Part shown: piece by piece, positions 50,890 through 62,545 of the stretch
Layout: every line of letters begins with the position of its first letter
Position numbering within the stretch: position 1 is the first letter of the stretch
Source of the DNA: Lama guanicoe
Lineage: Eukaryota
NCBI GenBank assembly: GCA_013239625.1
Contig: MU056050.1
Span: 1,226,084 to 1,290,083, forward strand
Direction: 5' to 3'
Length of the DNA: 64,000 nt
Made by a program: the position numbers and the translations under genes
The notes under the pieces: generated by a model
What the model was told of the DNA's origin: nothing
Seen by the model: the letters and a program-made list of their open reading frames with translations, nothing else
Database searches by the model: none

Positions 50890-53655
50890 TTCATACAAGG
50901 AAGAAAGGAGTTAGTTCACACATCTGGCACTCCATCTTTTCCGAGGGGGTTTCTGAGATGATTGCCTTCTGTTTTGGAGCTCTGGCACAATCTAGCCACC
51001 TCAGGGAGAACAGACGTGGCACATTGGGATGGTAGATACCATTGATCTTATCTCCTACTCTGCACAGATTGAGCAGACAAAAAAATCTCAGCTCTCAGCT
51101 TCCCCCTTGGGAGGGAAGAAGTTGATCCATGTGTCCAGCAACCCATCTTCTCCAAGGCTGCCTGAAGACATCGCAACTGTTTTACCAGTTCTGAAGTTCT
51201 GATGGCCTGATGCAATCCAGCCATCCAGGGACAGAATGGGTGTTGCACCTTCTGTGGATAACATTATTTCTCCTCCTTGATAAACATAGGGTTAATGGAT
51301 AAAAAATATCCCAATTTTCAGCTTATCCCTGGGAAGGAAAAGAGTTGATCTGTACATCCATCCAATGCCCCAACTTTTCCAGGGCTGCCCAGAGAACTAA
51401 CATCTGTCTCACTAGTCTTGAACGTTTGATAGATCCAGCACAGTCTAGCCACCTGGAAAAGAATGGAGATAGCGGCTTATGCTGGTGGATGCCATAGTTA
51501 CCCCTAGCTCCTGGGCTCAGCATGGAGGGAGTTGACAAAAACTACAGCTGCCTGCTTTTTCTGGGGAGAGAAAGAGCTGGTAGAGGCTCCCAGAATCTCT
51601 GGCCCAGCTGATTGGCAGAGGTCTTCTTCTGTATGAGGCAAGTCAGTGAAAACTGAAAGAGGTGTTTCCTTTGTCAAATGCATAGACACCAACACACAGA
51701 ACCTATGAAAGTGAGGTATTAGATAAGTTCCTGGTTATGAAAGTCTACATTAAAAATGATAAAGGTCTCAAATAAACATTCTAACTTTGTACCTCAAGGA
51801 TTTAGAAAAATAAAAACAAACTAAACCCAATGTTAGCAGAAGGAGTTAAAAAAAAAAGAACAAATACACAAAATAGAAAATGTAAAAATAATAGAAAAAC
51901 AGCAAAACTCAGAGTTGTTTTTTGAAATACTTAAAAATTTAAAAACCCTTGGATAGACTAAGAAAGAGAGAAGACTCAAAATCATAAATAAGAGATGCCA
52001 CAGAAATACAATGGGTCATAAAGACACTACTTTGAACAATTATACACCAACAAACTGAATAGCCTAGAAGAGACAGGTAAATTCCTGCAAATATAAAACC
52101 TACCAAGACTAAAACGTGAAGAGAGTCTGAACAGACCTGTATCTAATATGAAGATTGAATTAGTAATCGTAAAACCTCCCAACGAAGAAAAGCCCAGAGT
52201 CAGATGGCTTCACTATTCAATTCTTTCCAAACACTTATAAGAAAAAATACCAATCTTTCTCAAACTCTTCCCAAAAATTGAAGAAGAGAGGACACTTCCC
52301 AACTCGTGAGTCCATGACTACCCAGATACTAAAGCCAGACAAAGACCTACAAGGAGAGAAAACCGAAGGTGAATGTCTCTGATGATTGTAAATGAAAAAA
52401 TCCTCAACAAAATACTAGCAAACTGAATCCCACAGCACTTTAAAAAGATTGTGTACCATGACCAATTGGGATTTGTTTCTGGAATGCAAACATGGAAACA
52501 TGCAAAAAAAAGAAAATTCGTTAATGTGATACAGAATATGAACAGAATAAAGGATAAAAAATCACATACTTGTCTCAACAGATCCAGAAAAAGTGTTTGA
52601 CAAAATTCAACAACGTTTTTTTATGATATCTCTCAACGAACTATATAAATAGTAGGATTATTTCCTCAACAAAATAACAGAATGAAAAGATATCCTATTG
52701 AATGGGGGGAAATACTTGCCAACCATTTATCTGACAAGGGTTGAATATCCAAAATATACAAGGAACTCCTACAACTCAGTGGTGAAAAAACCCTAATAAC
52801 CTGATTTAAAATGGCTTAAGAACTTGAATAGACAATTGTTCAAAAAAGGCATTACCAATGGTCAACAGATATATGAAAAATGCTCCAGGTCACTAATCAT
52901 CAGGGAAATGTAGGTGAAAACCACAATGAGATGTCACCTCACACCTGTCAAGATGGCTATTATCAAAACAACAAAATAGAAAAAGTGTTGACTAAAACTT
53001 GGAGAAATTGGAACCTTTGCATACTATTGGTGGGAATGCAAAATGGTATAGTTGCTATGGAAAACAATATAAAGTTCTACATAAAATTAAAAATAGAACT
53101 ACCATATGATCCAGCAATTCCACTGCAAGATATTTATCCAAAAGAATCGAAATATAAATCTCAAGGAGATAGTATCACTCCTTTGTTCATTGCAGCAGTA
53201 TTCTCAATAGCCAAGATGTAGTAACAACATAAATGTCCATCAGTAGATGTATGGATAAAGAAAGTGTGGTATTGAATACTAACTGAATACAATAAAATAC
53301 TAATCAGCCTTTAAAAAGAAGGAAATTCTGTAATATTTCACAACATGGATCAACCTTGAGAACTTTAGGCTAAGTGAAATAAATAAGCCAGTCGTAGAAA
53401 GACGAATACTGCATGATTCCACCTATATGAGGTAACTAAATTAGTCAAATTCATGTTGACTAACAGTGCTTGCCAGAGGCTGGATGGAGAGAAAGATGGG
53501 AAGTAACTAACCATCGGTGATCGTCAAGAAGAATGAATAGGCTCCAGAGATGTGCTATACAACATTGTACCTGCAGTCAACAGTAGCATAATATACGTTT
53601 AAAATTTAAGAAAGTATAAGTCATATTAAGTGTTCTTTCCACATTAAAATAAAGA
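50890..53655 (+). mobile_element. Internally deleted LINE-1 (monomeric 5' UTR, ORF1 start, two ORF2 segments, L1MA9-like 3' UTR)
   Basis: ~220-bp repeated UTR units (50920-51460) and ORF1-like start atgcatagacaccaac (~51678). ORF2 resumes at ~51745 and jumps again at ~52670. ORF 52880-53221 ends with KLKIELPYDPAIPL.DIYPKE...TPLFIAAVFSIAK. Ends ...gtgttctttccacattaaaataaa. Confidence 0.88.
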
Positions 53656-56299
53656 ATAGACCAACAACTCAATACATAAATGAGAATGATACATGAGGAG
53701 ATATTTCACTGTAATAGAAATACAGTTGATTCTAAAGCAAGTGAAAAGATTCTCAACTTCAAGCATAATAATTGTAGGCTTAATTTAGTTGTCATTTCTC
53801 ACTTAACAGAGTTTTAATTGTCAGCGGTCTGACATACTCTTATTTGCTGATGTTTTGGAGATACAGTCACATTTATATAATGCAAATTGGAGCTATTGGC
53901 AATGTCTATAAAAATGCAACTATGTAAATTATTTGATCAGTAATTTACCCACATATGTCAAATTTCATGTGTACACGGTTACTGACCACCATATTTTTTT
54001 CCCCCACTGGGAAAGATGGAAACAACTCAAGCTCCTATCAATATAGAGGTTAAATAAATAAATCATACTACATACACTGAATGGAATATTATGCAGCTAT
54101 GAAATGTGAAGCATACTCTATACAGAATTAGCCCCATGGTATAGTGCTAGTGAGATAATCAATCGGCAGAGTGGTATATGCATTACACTATTTTCTGTAA
54201 AAAGAAGATAAGAATGTATGTTCTAATCTTTATTTACATAAGGAGAAAGTGTTAGAATAACCAAAAAAAGGCAAAATAAGACATAAGTGTTATATACTGG
54301 AACCATGGGAGAAGCAGGGTGAGTGGAAACACTGGGATATGGGTGGAAGAGAGATTCTTAATGTAAATGTTTGTGAGTTGTGTGTGTGTGTGTGGATGTG
54401 AGAGAGAATCATAAGAATGTTTTACCTTATCAAAAATAAATTTTATAAAAGAAAATTGGAAATAGTAAGACAGCAAGGAAGGGTCAAAAACTTTCAAATA
54501 TTCATTTTTATTATAATTTTCCTTAGACATTTATAACATATGTCTCATATAAGAAAGCCTTCTGTAACCTGAATTCAAAAATTTACTTCTATTTTCTTTT
54601 AAATGGTTAAATTTTTGCCTCCTCAATTTAAGTGTTTACTATACCTACAATTGAATTTTTGCATATGTTGTAAAGTAGAAATAAAAACTTATTTTCCCCA
54701 TCTGAAAGATGAATTGTTGTAACATTATCTGTCTGCCTACCTACCTACCTACCTACCTATTTATCTATCTATTTTTATTTTGAGATATATTTTACATAAA
54801 TAACATTGCATAAAATACAATGTGAACAATAATTATAAAGTGTGTGTAATTTGTAACTACCAAGGTGAAAAAAAAAGATCACTTTCAGCACTTCAGAAAT
54901 TCCACATGTGTTCATCTTTTGCTTCATTCTAAATATTTTTACTTCTATTATAATTGTTACCTTCCCTTTCTTTGTAATTTTACCTCTTATGAATATATGT
55001 CTATAAATATATTTTCCTCAATTTTGAGTTTGATACAAAGTGAGCCATACTAATATATTACTCTCTATTTCATTTACTGCTCAGAATTATGTTTGAGACT
55101 CAAATATTGTTAAATATAGCTGTAGTTATTTCATTTGCTTTGCTGCCTACTATTCTATTGTATGAATGTCTCCAAATTTGTTCATTGTACTATTGGTAGA
55201 TGTTTGAAGTTTTGTCCAGTTGAAAACCATTACCAATAGTGCCGCTGCTAACAGTTTTTACACATCTCCTGATGAACATGTACAAGGGTCATTGTACGCT
55301 ATATACTTAGATGAGATACTCCTATATTATAAGTCAAGTATTATTTCAAATTAGTAGATAATGCTAAAATATTTTCCAACATAGTTAAGCAACTTATACT
55401 TTTCCAATCTTGAATGAGATTCTCCATTGCTTCACAGTTTTACCATTAATTGGTATCATCAGAGGTTTTAGTAATTGCCAACCTGTTGTGTATGCAATAA
55501 TGTTTCATTGAGATCTTTTTTTATTTTGTCTGCTTTATTAATGAACCTAAAGATATTTTTATATGTTTACTGGTGATTGGTATTTCCTATTTTGTAAAGT
55601 CTAGTAAAATTTATGGCCCATTTTTAAAAATTGGTACTTGGAGTTTTTCTTAATGGCTCCTATGTAGTTTTTGTTTGTTGGCTTATATTATAAACATATC
55701 CTTAGTTAAATATGCATTTAGCAAATATTCTCTCCTTACTTTCTTTTAACTTGTCTTCACAGTTTTACTGTTCCTTTAGATAGAGAGGTTAAGTTTAGTG
55801 TAATTGAGTTTACTGATATTTCCTTCATGCATATGGCTGTTTGAATCTTGTTTAACACATCTTTCCCTCAAGTTGAAATTATAAAAATATTGTCTTATGT
55901 ATCTCCTGATATGTGTAGTTTTTCATGTCACATGTTAGTCATTTTTCTGCCTGGAATTGATCTTTATAGCATTTGTAAAAGTTGGGATATATTTCCTACA
56001 ACATATAATTCAACATTTTTGAAGTATGCACATAAGTGGTTTCTAGTATATTCACAATGATGTATAACCCTCACCACTGTCTAATTCCACAACATTTACA
56101 TTTCCCTTTTAAATAAGTTAGTGTCAATCACTCATTACTCCCATCCCCTGACAATCACTATTCTACTTTCAATCTGTATGAGTTTGCCTATTCTGCATAT
56201 GCCATCAAAATGTTATAAAATGGGACATCAGAAAATTATAGACCTTCTAGATTCCAGGAATATTTTGGAGCTTTCCAATTCTTTAGGGACATTCCTCTT

Positions 56300-56594
56300 A
56301 TATTAATCACTTGGGCTACCATAACCAAATATCACAATGTGAGTTGAACAACAGAAATTTATTACCTTACAGCTTTAGAGGCTCAGGTCCTAGAGCAAGG
56401 TGTTGGCACATTTGATGTCTCCTAAGGCCTCTCTCCTTGGCTTGAAGATAGCCACTTTTTCATTGGATTCTCACATGGCCTTTTTTCTACATTTACTTAG
56501 ACCTTATGTCTCTCCCTATCTCCAAATATAGTCATATTCTAAGATTAGGGCTTCAACATATGAATTTTGAGAGGACACAATTCATTACATAAAA
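56300..56594 (-). mobile_element. MLT1A/B-like MaLR LTR
   Basis: gggctaccataaccaaata.cac...aacaacagaaatttatt...aaggcctctctccttggcttg.agat.gcca...ttagggcttcaacatatgaatttt...ggacacaattca. Confidence 0.82.
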
Positions 56595-56605
56595 TCTCCC
56601 TCACC

Positions 56606-56857
56606 TTTTTTTGTATATATTCATTTTTATTGAATTATAGTCAGTTTACATTGTTGTGTCTGGTGTACAGCACAATGCTTCAGTCATACATGAACATACA
56701 TATATTCATTTTCACATTCTTTTTCACTATAAGTTACTGCAAGATATCAAATATAGTTCCCTGCACTATACAGTATGAACTTGTTTATTGTATATGTATC
56801 AGTTAGTATCTGCAAATCCCTGCATGCGCTCTACCACTCAAGCTATACAGTCCCCCC
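56606..56857 (-). mobile_element. Chimeric retroposon: tRNA-Ala-like/SINE 5' head fused to a young L1 3' end
   Basis: Minus strand GGGGGGACTGTATAGCTTGAGTGGTAGAGCGCATGCA (56857-56821, A-box-like TAGCTTGAGTGG) joined directly to GGGATTTGCAGATACTAACT...L1 3' UTR...A-tail (56820-56606). Imperfect TSD (10/14) ctccctcacctttt / ctcccaaacttctt. Confidence 0.72.
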
Positions 56858-57608
56858 TCCCAAACTTCTTGATTAGTCTTTTGTTTGCCGCAGCCATTCC
56901 TTATCACCTGTCATCTCAGATGGCAGAGACCTAAGATTGTCTTAGTTAGCCTGTACAAGTTTGCAGCAAATGCTCCCCCCTATCTGCAAGCAACTTTAAC
57001 ACTAGACCAGTTACATGCTACTAACTTAAAGACAAACATTTGAACCAAGAGGGCCAGGTATGGAAATGGGGTAAGTTAAAATGCCACAAAATTCTCAGTT
57101 CTTACTGAGAATCAGTCTTCTTGTTTGTTTATATATTTATTTATTTTTGGAAGCACATTCTCCAGATTGCTGCAAGCCTTGGTAAGTTTCCGGATTCTAA
57201 AAAAGTTGATTCTGATAGTTTTTGCCTGTTTTTTCTTGCTTTTAAGCATGGTAGAATATGAGGTCATTTATTCTGCCAGTTTTGCTAATGTCAACCTGGA
57301 ATTGATTTTTACGTATAATATGCAATAAGAGTGCTTGTTATATGATTCATCAATTGTCTCCACGTTACTTTTTGTAAAGTTCATCCTTTCTCTCTGTTCT
57401 GCAGGGCCACCTCTTTCATACATCAGTTGTCCATTCATAGGTTACTCAGTTTCTAGGAGTTTTATTCTGCTTGAATGATTTCTTTGCCCATCCATAACCA
57501 AATACTATGTTTTTCTGATTATTTTACTGTAAAATACATGGATTTAAAAAAATATTAAAGCAAATTATTCAACATTTTTATTTTCTTTCAGGAATGCCTT
57601 GGCTATTC

Positions 57609-57920
57609 TTTTTTTTTAATTGAAATATAGTCAGTTTACAATGTTGTGTTAATTTCTTTTGTACAGCATAGTGATTCAGTTATACATGTGTATATATTTA
57701 TATTCCTTTTCATATTCTTTTTCATTGTATGCGGTAACAAGATATTGAATATAGTTCCCAGTGCTTTACAGTAGGACCTTGTTGTTTATCTATTTTATAT
57801 ATAGTAGTTAGTATCTGTAAATCCCAAACTCCCAATTTATCCCCCCACCCCACCTTCCCCTGCTGGTAACCACAAGTTTGTCCTCTTTGTGAGTTTCTTT
57901 CTATTTTGTAAATAAGTTCC
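57609..57920 (-). mobile_element. Young cetartiodactyl-type LINE-1 3' end
   Basis: Poly-T then aattgaaatatagtcagtttacaatgttgtg...gatattgaatatagttccc...ctggtaaccacaagtttg...ttttgtaaataagttc. Same family type as 13209-13560. Confidence 0.9.
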
Positions 57921-58699
57921 TTATTAATATTTCTTTTTTATGTTTATTGTACTAATATATTAAGATTTTCATAATTTTCATCAGTGAATTTCATTGTTAT
58001 ATTATCTTGTGAACCTATTTCATTTAACTTTTCAAATATATTAACATAAAATTAACAGTTCTTTTAAGTTTTAAATCTATATCCATCTTTAATTTTGTTA
58101 ATTTTAATTTTGTTTAATCTTGTTAACTTTAATTCCTGATATTCATTATTTGCGCCTGCTATATTTTCTTATTTTCTTAGTCTTACTAGAGGATAAATTT
58201 TATTGATCTTTTCAAAGAAGCTACTTTTACTGACTATATCAATGTTGTTTCTGTTTTCATTTTTATTAATTTCTATTTTGTACTTGTTTTACTTTCTCTA
58301 GCTTATTTTCCTTTTTGATATTTCTTGATATGTATTAATTTATAAGTATAACATATTTTCAGCTTTTACCATTTCCTAGTAGTATCACAAAATCTCTTTA
58401 TGTTGCTTATTTGTATTCAATCATGTTTGATATGTTATATTTTCATTATTGATCATTTCAACATATTTTCTAATGTCTATTATTTCTTATTTGATCTATG
58501 TTACTTAAAAGTGGATTTCTTAATTTTCAAATATGATGGTAATCCTGTCATCTAAAAATTGATTTTTAACTTAATTGTGGAAAATGTGTTCTGCAAGGTT
58601 TGTATTATGAACTTTTGATGAAATTTGTCTTGTAATCTAGTATGTAGTAAATGTTTGTAAATGTCTCATGTAAAGATCTTGTAAAGAATGTATACCCCA

Positions 58700-59180
58700 A
58701 TTACTAATTCTATCACCTTAAGGGATTAAGGATTTGAACATATGAATTCTGGTGAGACACAAATGTATAGACCATAGCAATGGATAAACAGAATCTGGTA
58801 AATACATGCAATGGAATATTAAACACAGCCTTAAAAAGAAGGAAATGTGTCATGTGCTATAATACAGATAAACCTCAAGGCCATTATGCTATGTGAAATA
58901 AACCAGTCGTAAAATGACAAATACCTTATGATTCCACTGATATGAAGTACCTAAAGTAGTCAAAATCATTGGAACAGATAGTAGAGAGGTAGTTGCTAAG
59001 GGCTAGAGCAGGGGAAGGAAACTTGTATTTAGCGGGTTCAAAGTTTCAGTTTTATAAGGTGAAAAATTTCTAGAGATCTGTTGCATGATGATGTGAATAT
59101 ACTTAACACTATTGAACTATAGACTTAAAAATGTTAAGGATGATAATTTTAGTGTTTCCTTAAACTACAGTAAAAAAATT
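58700..59180 (+). mobile_element. Short MaLR LTR fragment followed by L1MB-like 3' end
   Basis: 58700-58779 ...ttgaacatatgaattctgg..agacacaaa...agaccatagca (antisense MLT1/MST end), then atggataaaca.aat.tggta.atacat.caatggaatatt...tatacttaacacta.tgaact.ta.acttaaaaat. Confidence 0.78.
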
Positions 59181-60799
59181 ATTTTGCATTTCAAAGAAAG
59201 AATATATTCTGCTGCTGTTAAACACGATAATCTGTTCATGACCATAGGGTCACGATTTTTAATTTTGTTATTCAAATCTTCTGTAGCCTTATTTTCTGTA
59301 TGTTCTATCATTTTCTGAGAAAATTCTTTGTCTGGGTATGGTCTTGCAGGATCAAAATAAATTTCCCAAAGAACTATGGAGATACTGCTCTATTGTCTAA
59401 TCTAATTCTTGTTTTGTTTTAGGGATTGCTTTTAGATTTTATTTCTGGGGTTAAGAAAATTACTTTAAATATTTGTGGCTCATATGTTTCACCCAAGTGT
59501 TTCAGAGTTTTAAACTTAAAAATTTTTCTGTTACACTTTTCTATCTGACAGTTACTTCATTTTTTTATTCAGAGACATTTTGTGCTATTTACTTCTCTCC
59601 TCTTCATTGTCTATAGTCTATTTATTTTGCTCCCTATTAAAAGGATATTAGAACTATTATTTTTCACTACATTCCTAGAAAATATCTCAATTTAATCTTA
59701 TAGTTATTAGTTCTATCTTTAGCTTGGATCATTCTATTCAGCCAAAATAATTGAGTTTTCATTTCAGTAAAATTTGTAGAAATTAAAAATGAGTGCCTCC
59801 GAGGGATTTGAGAAAATATAGCATTATAAAAAGTAGAATCAACAATGAGGATGAAAATTCAATATTAAAATTAATAGGAAAAGATAAAATATTCATTTTA
59901 AGATTTCCTAATGTGTTCAATTTACAGAATTTTTATGCTTTCACTTAAATCAGGTTGGTTTTCTTAAATTGTTGATGATTTCTTGATTATATATCCATAT
60001 TTATATATAAAGGTTTAGATTGATCAGATTGGCCACTTTACTTAGACATAAATGATTCCCCTTTTTTTCTTGTCATGACTGTAAGTTTGAATTAACAGGT
60101 TACCCTTGGCTTGGATAGTTGTTGAGGGACATATTGTAGTTGCTAGCATTCCTTTAGAGTTTAGTCTCTTGGGCTTCTGAATTTAGGAAATCTGTGTCCT
60201 TTGTGGTTGTTTGACAGAAAATTAAAGCACTGCTCTTATTCCTATGTAAACAGTCATATTTTAAAGTGTTTTACTTGTGTCTTTATTCTGAGGTCAAAAC
60301 ACCAAAAACAGCCACTATAAGAGAGAGGAAATGAAATTTTTTTTATTGACTTTTAATTACGTGAATAAAGTACCCATGTTCTTTACAGTTCCTGTTCTGC
60401 TTGTTCTTATAGTTACACACAGGTTCTGCTTGGAATAATGTTTGTGGGGTCCCCTCTTTCTCTTAATGAGACTGAGGGTTCTTCAGCTCTTTTTGGTTTT
60501 GCTATTCATTTGTTCATGTCTTTTTTATAACCTTAAAAGTTTCTTCTTTTTGTCTTCTGGAGATATATTTTCCTTTTTACCATGATACTAGAGTTATTAC
60601 AATATTCTTTTATTTTAATAGAATTTTGAGAAAATGCTAAGGTTAATATATGTATCATGTTATCAATATTGAACTAAATTTCCTATTTACTTATTAATAT
60701 TTTAAATTTAAAAGCCAACTAACTCATTATAACAAGTAGAATAATACAAAAATGCATAAATTAAATCGTAATCAAACTCCCTCCTCATACAGAAAGCAC

Positions 60800-61940
60800 T
60801 GATACAGCAGGCTTAATTGCTATCCTTTGTAACATGCGTGCAAGGTTGGCCTTAGCTAGCATCTGATAACTTAGATTTGGGGAAGGTTCCTATCATTCCA
60901 ACTGGTAATAGTGGCTCACTGTGCGTGCATGTTTGTATGAATAATGTGGCTTATACTGAACACTTACCTTCCTCCTGGGAGTATGCAATTTTGATACGTG
61001 CGAGGCAGTCAGTCCCCAGTAAAATTCTGGGAACTAAGTCTCTAATGAGCTTATTGATAGACATTTCATTTGTGACTTCACAACTCATTGCTGGGGGAAT
61101 TAAGCATGTTCTCTGTGACCCCAGTGGGAGATGGCTTGTGCCTGGTTTTCTCTGGGCTTTGCCCCCCTTGACTTTTCCCTTTGCTGTGGGTTCTGGCCAG
61201 CAGAAGTCCTACCGTGACAGAATGAATTACTCGAGACTCTGTGGAAAAAGTCAAGAGAGCAAGAGGGAGTCCGGAGCCAACTCCAGGAGCTTCCCAAATG
61301 CTCCCATATTTATTGTGTACAGTCAAAGGAGGAAGCACTAACAGTTGGAATGCAGGAATTTAGGGAAGGACAGGGTGGGATCACAGTGAGTACAAAGGCT
61401 TTGTTTATTGTTGGCGGTTGGCTCAAGGTTAGAAGACCCTTTTTGGTAAATCATGTTGTGTTGAGCCTTTCAGCTTATCAGGGCGGAACTTATGAGAAAC
61501 AGCTGTTTAACAACATTTTTCTTGGACTCAGGCACAGCTGCTTGTCTTAGGATCTTACTGGTCGCTGGCTAACCAGCCTTCTCACCTCTGAGTCTGCAGC
61601 TTTTTATAACTTGTTTACCATTCCAGCCCAAGGCTGTTTTGAGGATAGAAGACTAACAGCAAGCACGCCCAGCGTTTATAGCGGAGGGCCTGGGTCCTTG
61701 CTAAAACCTCAACTATGCAAGCAAGGGGGTTACTAAGCACATTTGCTCTTCTTTAAGGAGATAAGCTGCTGGGGTCTGTTACAATTTGTTAACCCAATCA
61801 TGGGCTCCCACACTTTGCCATTTTTGCTTTATATCCTTTCACTGTAATAAAACACAGCAATGAGTAGCATTAAATACTAAGTCTTCTTAGTCCTCCTAGC
61901 AAGTCATGAAACCTGGGGTGGTCTTGGGGCCCCTGACACA
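60800..61940 (+). mobile_element. MER21-like LTR, split by a younger LTR
   Basis: gcaaggttggcc....ctagcatctg..aacttagattt.ggga.ggttcc...gggggaattaagcatg...cttttccctttgc|insert|..ttttgctttatatcctttcactgtaataaa...aacctggggtggtcttgggg.ccctgacaca. Confidence 0.82.
61185..61812 (-). mobile_element. Younger solo LTR with 6-bp TSD (ERVK/betaretrovirus-like)
   Basis: TGTGGG...CCCACA termini, 628 bp, perfect TSD ctttgc (61179-61184 / 61813-61818). On minus: TATAAAAA at 61601-61608, then AATAAA at 61404-61409 and 61309-61314. Confidence 0.88.
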
Positions 61941-61964
61941 TTGCTCTAATTTATTCCCACACTC

Positions 61965-62545
61965 TTGATTTGTGTATGTTGAGCCATACTTGCATCCCAG
62001 GGATAAATCCTACTTGGTTATAGTGTATAATCTTTTTAATGTATAGTTGAATTTGGTTTGATAATATTTTGTTGAAGATATTTGCATCTGTGTTCATCCA
62101 GGAAATGAACCTATGTTTTTCTTTAGTGCCTTTGTCTAGCTTTAGTATCAGTGTGATACCGACCTCCGTAAATGAGTTTGGCTGTCTTCCCCCTCTTCTG
62201 TTTTTTTGTATGAGTTTAAGTATATTTGGTAGAATTTACCCATGAAGTCCTCTGGTCCTGGCCTTTACTTTGTTGGGAGGTTTTTGATTACGGATTCAGT
62301 CTCCTTATTTGTTACTGGTTTGTTTAGGCCTTCTGTATCTCCTTGATTCTGCTCTAGTAGGTTGTATGTTTATAGAAGCTTTTCTGTTTTTTTCCAGGTT
62401 ATCCAATTTGTTGATATATAATTGTTTATAATAGTCCTTTATGATAATTTTTATTTCTGAGACATTTGTTGGAATGTCTCTTCTTTTATTTGTGATATTT
62501 CATGTAAGTCTTCTCTCTCTTCTTTTCTCCTTTTTCTCTTGTACA
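61965..62545 (-). mobile_element. LINE-1 ORF2 fragment (antisense)
   Basis: ttgagccatacttgcatcccagggataaatcctacttggt...tattttgttgaagatatttgcatctgtgttcatc...tggtagaatttacc..tgaag.c.tctggtcctgg. Confidence 0.85.

Noticed and set aside
60877..61341. Longest ORF in the track (154 aa)
   Set aside because: Spans the junction of two unrelated LTRs, starts at a non-ATG codon, and has no recognisable domain.
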